From Cyanidioschyzon merolae (Eukaryota), in NCBI GenBank assembly GCA_000091205.1, contig AP006499.2: a stretch of DNA of 64,000 nt; one strand, 5' to 3'. Below are positions 56,752 through 64,000 of the stretch, in pieces. The notes beneath the pieces were generated by a model. The model did no database searches. It saw only the letters and a program-made list of their open reading frames with translations, and was not told the origin of the DNA. The stretch's first letter is position 1, and each line of letters begins with the position of its first letter. Made by a program: the position numbers and the translations under genes.

Positions 56752-57124
56752 GGAAGCACGTTTCGTAGGTGCTCAGCCCTATTGAATGATGATGTATCAT
56801 GAGCGTTCATGCAGAAAGCACGTTTCGTAGGTGCTCAGTCCTATTGAATGATGCAGTATCATGAGCGTTCGTGCAGAAAGCACGTTTCGTAGGTGCGCAG
56901 CCCTATTGAATGATGAAGTATCATGAGCGTTCATGCAGAAAGCACGTTTCGTAGGTGCTCAGCCCTATTGAATGATGCAGTATCATGAGCGTTCATGCAG
57001 AAAGCACGTTTCGTAGGTGCTCAGTCCTATTGAATGATGCAGTATCATGAGCGTTCGTGCAGAAAGCACGTTTCGTAGGTGCTCAGTCCTATTGAATGAT
57101 GCAGTATCATGAGCGTTCGTGCAG
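56752..57124. repeat. Tandem minisatellite, 62-bp unit x about 6 copies
   Basis: The unit gcagaaagcacgtttcgtaggtgctcag(c/t)cctattgaatgatg(c/a)agtatcatgagcgttc(a/g)t recurs at 56811, 56873, 56935, 56997 and 57059. Each unit contains a short hairpin (agcac-N9-gtgct) and a catg palindrome pair. Confidence 0.9.
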
Positions 57125-60100
57125 TGCCCAGGCTGTCCGTTTCCTGAGTCTCGACGCGACGCAACTGCCGTGCTGGATTGCTGATCCGTTCGACTCTAGT
57201 GCCTGGTTCCAGACTTCAAGAATTCCCGCTCTTCACTGATGTTTTGTCATCGAAAGTCGTTACCGATTCAGCCCAGTATCCACTTTGAATACGAAATGAT
57301 TCCCTCGAATGGTCGCTCTCGATACAAAGTTGCTGGATGCTCCCGGAGCACGGAATATTCCCGGATATGTTGATCGGAGCGCTCTTGTCGTGATGCAGAA
57401 TGTGCTTATGTGGATGATTGCTGGTGCCAGCACAACATGGCAAGCCTCTCATCATCGATTATCTCCCTGTCTGGCACTCGGTCGGCTCACCGTAGACCAC
57501 CCGGTGTGTCGGGCTGTGTTCCAATTTCTTTTTCTCCAGCAGTTTCAGCGTGCACTCGAGCGCCTCGCATCTGTACTGCATCATGAACGCATCCATGAGA
57601 ATCTTCTGGAATCGATTCCTGCATCCGCTCGACGCGCTCTTCGAAGGGCCACTGGTGCAACCGATGTTTGCTATAGAGTGCCCATCGCCAGAAGCTACCA
57701 ACAACGGTCGACACGACTAGCAGGTCATTTTCTTTTGCAAGTCCTCAAACAAAAAGTGGTGAATGCGCGCTTCTTGCTTCCGTGGAGCGTAAATCGTTGG
57801 CGGCTTCAGTTGCGTTTGGCGTGCCCTTGGTCGAGATCGTCCGCAAGAGCCGTTTGGACGCGTATGCACGCTCTCGTAAAATAGAGCGTACAAAGCATCC
57901 GCCGCTGCACACTCGGGTGCGTCGAGCAGCGAGCTTATTCCTCATGCCGTCATTCCAAGTGTTGGTATGTGTCCAGGAGTCTGCCATGCGCGAGGTTTGG
58001 CGATCACGTGCCCTGGAACAGTTAAGCGGTATCACGTTCCTTCCTCTTGAGGTCTTTGGTTGCGTCTTCGTGATCTAAACGCACAGCAACTGCGACGATG
58101 TTCTTAAACTCAAGAAGCCCGCTCACCAGAGAATCTTTCTACCTTGAACGGTAACCAGTGGGTTGCTTTGTGTCACGTATGCCAGTGCTTCCCAAAAAGC
58201 GCATGCAGACTGGTATTCCATTGGTCTGCACCATCCTGATAAACTGCTTCCTGTTCCTTGCTGTAACCGAGATACCTTGAACGAACGCCACCAATGCTCT
58301 TCACAATAATATCCCTGAGCTTCATGCATGCTCCTAGGGACCAGCCGTCGCTCACTAAGGAGGCGACACCGCACAGCGCAGTACAGAAGTACATACGGTG
58401 ATGTCATGGACTTGGATCTGAAATGTAGGGACTCAGTTACGGGGATACTTTGGGATGCCTGGGCGCTCGCATATGGAGGCTAGGACCATTTTGCTCTGAT
58501 TTTGAAGCTTACGATTCAGGTTTAGGTAGCAGGGCAAGATGCAAGGAAGGCAGGCATCACCTGGCAAGTATCCTATGGGTACAGCGTCCGTCGATGCGAG
58601 GCTATGAACTACCCGATGCGCGTGGACGGTGAGAAACGACGCTCGCTCTGGTAAAGAGGTCACTTTCGAACTCGCTACCACCTCGAGCTCTTCCGTCGCA
58701 ACTTGCGCATTATTCGGCTTCATCGCCACCCGAAGAACCCGTTGCAAAACTTCACATTGTTCTTGCCTACGAAGACGAGGCCACCAAGGGCGCAACGCTG
58801 ACAGCGTGCGCTTCGTGAAGCGCTCGAAATTGACCCGCATCTGTCCTTGGTGTTGATGTTGTTCTTGTACTTTTTCGTATCGTAATTGGAGATACTCCGA
58901 TTGGCGTCACGATGCGACCATACGACAAGCTATTCAGGGCGACACGAGCACGACTCTACGATGCTATGATCAGGCTGTACTGCATTCCGCGTCCCGCGAG
59001 TCAGTTGTGTTGTCGGATGCGGGTTTCGTTGAAGATTTCTCGCGTTATGTGGGTATCATTCAGTTCTGTGTCAGGAAATGCTGCGAATCGTTGTTTGGCG
59101 AGCTGTTCCATGGCGAGACAAACTGGGTGAGCCTTCTTCGATCGAGAAGCTACGCGACATGTGATGATGTCATGCATTCCACGTTTAGGAAGATGCTCCC
59201 GGTTGATGTGTTTGAATAAGAAGACATTGACAAAGGTTTCAGACTGATCTCCGCAATGCGGCAGGTTCTCCTGTCCTATGCCTCCGCGGTTCGTTTTCAT
59301 AAGGATCCTCCTCTTCCATCACAAGTGATCCCTTTTTCTCTTTCGCTTGGCGGCGTAGCATAGATATGATCGCTAGACACCATATCGGGTTATTTTTCGA
59401 GCGATTCAGACGCACTGGGCGGACAGTGCCACTGAAACCCGCATTTCGTATGCATATATATAGATATGTAGTATACCCTACGAAGCTTGCCGTCACCTTT
59501 CCGGTCGCGAGCACGCCCACGGACTGAAGCGCACTTCTGCGGTTCCTCACCTGCTCGGGCAGACGACCGACCCAGCAGAGCAGAGCTCATGAAATTAGAG
59601 AAGCAATTGCCCAAGAACTGCGTTACGGATGCAATCAACTCGATGATCGATGCAAGAGCATCAATGGTGCATGTGACAACAGCGAAAACGCTTTCAACTG
59701 GATTGAGTCGTAGAGAGTACGCTGGGAAGCTGTGTCGGTTTAACGCCAACCTCAGCTGCATGCTCTTTGACCTCTTCTGCGTGATAGGAAACGATGAAAA
59801 CCATGAAGAGTTCGGAAGAACTCGGTAATGGGCATTCACGAAGCGGTTCCCGACGAAGATTTTGCCGTTGAACGATCCTAATCGTTGAAGGCTATCTAGG
59901 CGACCACACTGGTGATCCGCTAACTGGGCCGCTGTTGTCGGCATGCTCGCGTGCCTCTTCTTCACGAAAAGTGATTTGTTTTCTGTTTGAGTTCTCGCAT
60001 ACAGGTCAACCTTCTCATCCCTGTAAAGTCGTATCGAGTGAGACGAGCATGTATCCCTCTTGCAACAAGCGTTCGTTAGTCTGTACGCATTCAACAGAGT

Positions 60101-60685
60101 GCTTTTCAGCTTACGACACTCCCCTGTTGAAGCGCGTGTTTTTCCTTCCCGTTTTCGCGTCGCTTCATCACACATCGTGTCTACGGAATGGAAACCTCGC
60201 ATCTAGGAGCTTCTTTGATGTTACCTATTAGAGCACGTATCGAAAGGAATGCGTTCACCAGGAAACAGTCGTCTACATAGAGTTTGCCCTGCTCTGTTTC
60301 CAATGCACGCCGAACACGATAAGCTCCATGAGGGGCGTGGTTCATCTACCTGCTGATCATAGAAGAGATGACGTCGACAAGAAAGCTCGTTGGTCTCCAA
60401 GCAAACCGTTATTGCATAGAGTGTCACCGCGAACTTTCTCCACTCTAAAAGATGCATTCCGTAGTTGAATACCTGCGAGAAAGAACAAACGCAAACATCA
60501 ATGTCTATCTGGCACAGGCATGCCAGAATTCCGGGCCCTCAGCACACCACTTCCTGGTTTTCCTCGTGTTGAGGGATTTCCGCCAGCGTCCTTCTGCGGG
60601 GCTTGACGCGACAGCAGAGAGCCGCTTTTCTCGGAGCAGAGTTTGAACGAGAGCGCGTACCTATAGGTTTAGGGTGAACTGGATC

Positions 60686-63496
60686 ATGAACGAACACACA
60701 GAGAGCGACACGGCGCGTGCATGCCCTGTTCCAGGAGCACTGGATCCGCCACCACGGGCGACGGCTCCGACCGCCTTCAACGAAACAGCACCAGAGAGCA
60801 CAGCTTCAGGAACACTAGGGTGGGAAGTTGCCGAGCGGGAAAGCCATCCGATTGGTGAAAGCTCCAGTCGTCGCAAATCTGCAACGCTGAGTGGGTGGTC
60901 TCTGATGAACTTGGACGCGCGACATATGCAGTGGCGACGCGAATGCTTACCGCTTCTCTACGATTGGTTTCTATGCTGGCCAATGGTGTGGGTCCTTGGC
61001 GGCGTCCAGTGGGGCCCGCGTCTACAGGTGCTACGAGCGTTTCTAGCGGACGACCCGGGAACGGGCACGGCTGGCCCGCTCATAGCAGCGAATGCAACCG
61101 AGACAACCGACTCATCCGAGCTTCCAAGCACCAAGCGACGCTCAGCCAAGTCTTTCGGTATTAGACTGGAACCGATTTCCCGACTTGATCAGAGCACTTT
61201 TGAACGCCAGGAACTATACTTCAGCGAGCGCACTGGACCTACCGTTCCCGATGCACCGTCCGAGCCGAACACGCTTCTCGTCGCTGAGTGTTGTATCGCG
61301 CGGGAGAACTTCATGCGCGCTTCCGACATCGGCAATGCCTGGAATACGGATCTTTATTCGAGTTGTGGCAGCGGGTCCGGCGCTCATGACGTCCCTCTTG
61401 CGGAGAGAGCAGCATCAGCTCGACGAGCACGAGAGCATCGCGAGCACACCCTGCGCTGTCGTCTGGAGGAACTGGAAGAGCAAGCACGCGCTGCTAAGGA
61501 TGCACTGGTAGCAGCGGGTATCCACACGAATCACTCGAGCGAGGACGTATCGGGATCGATGGTGTCCTCAAACGGCGGTGTATGTGCTCAGGCGCGGGCG
61601 GTACTGGAAGCCTTCGCCGAGCTCTTGCGCTTGCCCGAGTGCGAGCGTCTGGTGCGGTCGACTTCTGAACAGGTTTATCAGGAGTTGTACGATGCAGTGA
61701 TTGGTAAATGCGCGTCTGAGAATGCGCTGCAAGCGAGCGTAACTAGTGGGTATTCGCTGGAGGCTCTGCGGACCAAAAGAGCACAGCAAAGCCGCTTCCA
61801 CAATCCGATGCTTCCGTTCCATACAAGGGTGCCGCACGGCATCTCGATAGCCGTACCGATTGCCAACATGCGTCGGAAAGGGGTGCTACCGTCGACGATG
61901 CCGTCACCGGAACTGAACGAGGGTCATCGCGGTCCAGAGACGGAAAGTCTGAGTAGCCAGTCGGGTCCTCTTCGCGACAGCGTTCGCCTCGACTACGACG
62001 AATATCTGGGTGAGGTGATCAACTTGACTCCAGAGGAGTTCGATGACAACAATGTTCCGGTGGGGTCGCGTCGTGACGGCCTCAGCGGCATGGGGGGCAT
62101 TTACGTGGTCAACGAGGATGGAAGTTCCGGCTGTTGGGCTCGTGACTCGAGCGCATTCACGGGGGGTATTGTCGTACGTCGCCGACGTCGAGCAAATGCG
62201 TCTAATGCGTTTGGTGCTGCTGCTAGTGCTGCTGGTGCTGCAGCTGCGACTGAGGAGCACTCACAACACGCTCAAGACAACGGGGTTCGAGTCTTCTACG
62301 ATGAGTTTCGGGTGCGGAAACGACTTATCCATCCGGGGGAAGTCAATCGAATTCGGTACCTGGGGATGACATTCGATCCAAACGTGAATCACGAGGACTG
62401 CTTTCCGGCCGATGCTCTCGAGGACGATGTGGAATCGGAACCGGTTCAGACGACACAGTGTGCGCGCTGGATCGTCACCCATACCGATGCACCTGAGCTG
62501 ATGGTCTGGAATGTGAACGAGCAGGTTCACCGACCCGATAACGACAAGTTACGTCCAAACGTACCTGATCTCGTGCTGGTTGGCCACACATCGGAGGCGC
62601 CCTACGCCATCGATACAACCTTTGGCGGGGACGTATTTCCAGACGCTTTTCTGGTGGCTTCAGGCGGCTCCGATCATCAGGTTCTAGTCTGGCGCCTAAC
62701 ATCCGACCTGTTGCTGGAGTCGCGCGAACAGAAACGTGCAACCGTCACCGACACCATCGACGATCTCAGCGGTTCGCTTCATCCGGTAAGGCATGCAGCG
62801 CGCTACACAATGAACGTAGCACCGACGCATCGTCTGTTCGGTCATTCGGCAACGGTGGAAGATGTTTGTTTTCATCCAATTAACCCCAGTCTACTGGCAT
62901 CCTGTGGGGATGACGGGTGCCTGTTGTTGTGGGATTTGCGCGCCCCGCCACGACCTATCGGGGGCGTCCGTCGTGCGCACGCTGGCGACGTGAACTGCCT
63001 GGACTGGTCGCGAGATCGTAACGCCCGCTACATGATAACCGGTGGCGAGGACGGTGTTGTACGACTCTGGGATACGCGTGCGATGAGCAGTTGGGCTATT
63101 GAGGGCACACTGCATCGAAAGAGCCAACCCGCAGAGCCGCTCTATGAATTCATGGCGGATGATCGGTTTGGTGGTGCTGTGTCCTGTGTTCAGTGGAATC
63201 CGCTGGATCCACGCTACTTCCTGTCCGCTGCGGAGACCGAGGTCATTGTCTGGGATACCGAAACAATGGATATTCTGTTCAGGCATGCTGGCCATCGAAC
63301 TCGAATCCAGGAGGCGTACTGGAATCCGTACATTCCATGGGTAATCATGACGACGAGTGAGGCTGGCGAGAGTGAGGCCGACGGCACACCCAGCATGGTT
63401 AGTCTGTGGCGTGTCCTTGATCTCGTCCATATGCACGATGCACAAGTGGCGGCAGAGTTCGATGTGTGGCAGAACACGGTGGCTCAGTCGGTTTAG
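60686..63496 (+). CDS. RbAp46/48-MSI1-Hat2-family WD40 histone-binding protein carrying a roughly 400-aa insertion
   Basis: The N-terminal H4-binding helix (HMQWRRECLPLLYDWFLCWPMVWVLGGVQWGP) matches RbAp48 [33 protein letters not shown]. The C-terminal 400 aa align blade by blade with RbAp48: GEVNRIRY, LVLVGHTSEAPYAIDTT, FGHSATVEDVCFHP...LWDLRA, RAHAGDVNCLDWS...RLWDTRA, AGHRTRIQEAYWNPYIPWVIMTTSEAG. The listed ORF starts on GTG at 60674; the first ATG is at 60686. Confidence 0.8.
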   Translation: MNEHTESDTARACPVPGALDPPPRATAPTAFNETAPESTASGTLGWEVAERESHPIGESSSRRKSATLSGWSLMNLDARHMQWRRECLPLLYDWFLCWPMVWVLGGVQWGPRLQVLRAFLADDPGTGTAGPLIAANATETTDSSELPSTKRRSAKSFGIRLEPISRLDQSTFERQELYFSERTGPTVPDAPSEPNTLLVAECCIARENFMRASDIGNAWNTDLYSSCGSGSGAHDVPLAERAASARRAREHREHTLRCRLEELEEQARAAKDALVAAGIHTNHSSEDVSGSMVSSNGGVCAQARAVLEAFAELLRLPECERLVRSTSEQVYQELYDAVIGKCASENALQASVTSGYSLEALRTKRAQQSRFHNPMLPFHTRVPHGISIAVPIANMRRKGVLPSTMPSPELNEGHRGPETESLSSQSGPLRDSVRLDYDEYLGEVINLTPEEFDDNNVPVGSRRDGLSGMGGIYVVNEDGSSGCWARDSSAFTGGIVVRRRRRANASNAFGAAASAAGAAAATEEHSQHAQDNGVRVFYDEFRVRKRLIHPGEVNRIRYLGMTFDPNVNHEDCFPADALEDDVESEPVQTTQCARWIVTHTDAPELMVWNVNEQVHRPDNDKLRPNVPDLVLVGHTSEAPYAIDTTFGGDVFPDAFLVASGGSDHQVLVWRLTSDLLLESREQKRATVTDTIDDLSGSLHPVRHAARYTMNVAPTHRLFGHSATVEDVCFHPINPSLLASCGDDGCLLLWDLRAPPRPIGGVRRAHAGDVNCLDWSRDRNARYMITGGEDGVVRLWDTRAMSSWAIEGTLHRKSQPAEPLYEFMADDRFGGAVSCVQWNPLDPRYFLSAAETEVIVWDTETMDILFRHAGHRTRIQEAYWNPYIPWVIMTTSEAGESEADGTPSMVSLWRVLDLVHMHDAQVAAEFDVWQNTVAQSV

Positions 63497-63879
63497 ACGT
63501 GCACTGGGGATTGGTAAAGCGATCTGAAATACGCTTGCTTTCGTCCATGAATGCGTAGAACGGGGTGAGCGGTACTGCCTAAGCGCATGAACTTTGCGAA
63601 AAGTATTGAGCAAGTACACCTGGAATAAGACCGCATCGGAGGCAAGGTAGTGTGTTCGTGTGCGCGAAGTCGCATTCTTTTCCTACGATGTATTGCGTAT
63701 ACGTAGCGTCCATAGCTCATCCTCAGGCAAGGATGCGTCACTTGTCCTGAACCCCAGCATACCGAAAGCCTCTGGACGGTGTCGGTTGCGGTGTCTCGAA
63801 TCGGTAGAGAAGCATCGAAAGGCGTCAGGCAGCATGCGTACACATAATCGCGAGCTCTTCCGGTTGCTACGTTCGCTGT

Positions 63880-64000
63880 ACTTGCATCTATTGGGTATTT
63901 CTATCCAATGTCAGGCAGCATTGCAGCTCAGTATCGTCATAGCGACTCTACTTGCATCCATTGGGTATTTCTATCCAAGGTCAGGCAGCATTGCAGCTCA
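63880..64000. repeat. Tandem repeat of about 69 bp (about 1.8 copies, truncated by the window end)
   Basis: The sequence tacttgcatc(t/c)attgggtatttctatccaa(t/g)gtcaggcagcattgcagctca occurs at 63880 and again at 63949. Confidence 0.7.

Noticed and set aside
59390-60202. 270-aa ORF in the low-GC island as a transposase or reverse transcriptase
   Set aside because: No DDE, YxDD, integrase or other catalytic motifs are present. It could not be supported from sequence.
1-64000. Kinetoplastid-style polycistronic organisation, suggested by intronless GC-rich genes
   Set aside because: Gene orientation alternates every one or two genes instead of forming long co-directional clusters.

Overview
This 64 kb window is GC-rich (roughly 55-60%) eukaryotic nuclear DNA with long intronless ORFs on alternating strands, about one gene per 3.5 kb. 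Clearly eukaryotic genes are present: RBX1 RING-box protein, an ING-type PHD-finger protein, an ISWI/SNF2 chromatin remodeler, an RbAp48/MSI1-type WD40 histone chaperone, large-type FGAM synthase, organellar-type phenylalanyl-tRNA synthetase, mannose-6-phosphate isomerase, an OST3/OST6 (TUSC3/MagT1) subunit, a WrbA-type NAD(P)H:quinone oxidoreductase, an Mtq2/N6AMT1-like methyltransferase and an NnrU/Z-ISO-like membrane protein. Several of these carry Arg-rich N-terminal extensions suggestive of organelle targeting. Together with the Z-ISO-like gene this hints, tentatively, at a compact intron-poor alga. There are two giant uncharacterised ORFs of 2033 and 1372 aa. The most notable structure is a pair of inverted copies of a ~1.4 kb lower-GC element (1818-3245 and 46410-47743) bracketing about 43.5 kb. 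A ~930 bp core is ~97% identical between copies, whereas the 3' part is diverged and encodes a degenerate TnpB/Fanzor-like C-terminus with the RuvC-III signature xRDxNAAxHI (NRDFNAAIHI in copy B, NRAFNAAIHI in copy A). Other features are two minisatellites (96 bp x5 and 62 bp x6), coding trinucleotide repeats, (ATG)8 and (AGC)8 microsatellites, and a 5.3 kb low-GC ORF-poor island. The supplied ORF track reports GTG/TTG starts as M, so I moved CDS starts to the first in-frame ATG where I could check by codon arithmetic; N-termini remain uncertain. No rRNA, CRISPR array or convincing tRNA was found by eye.
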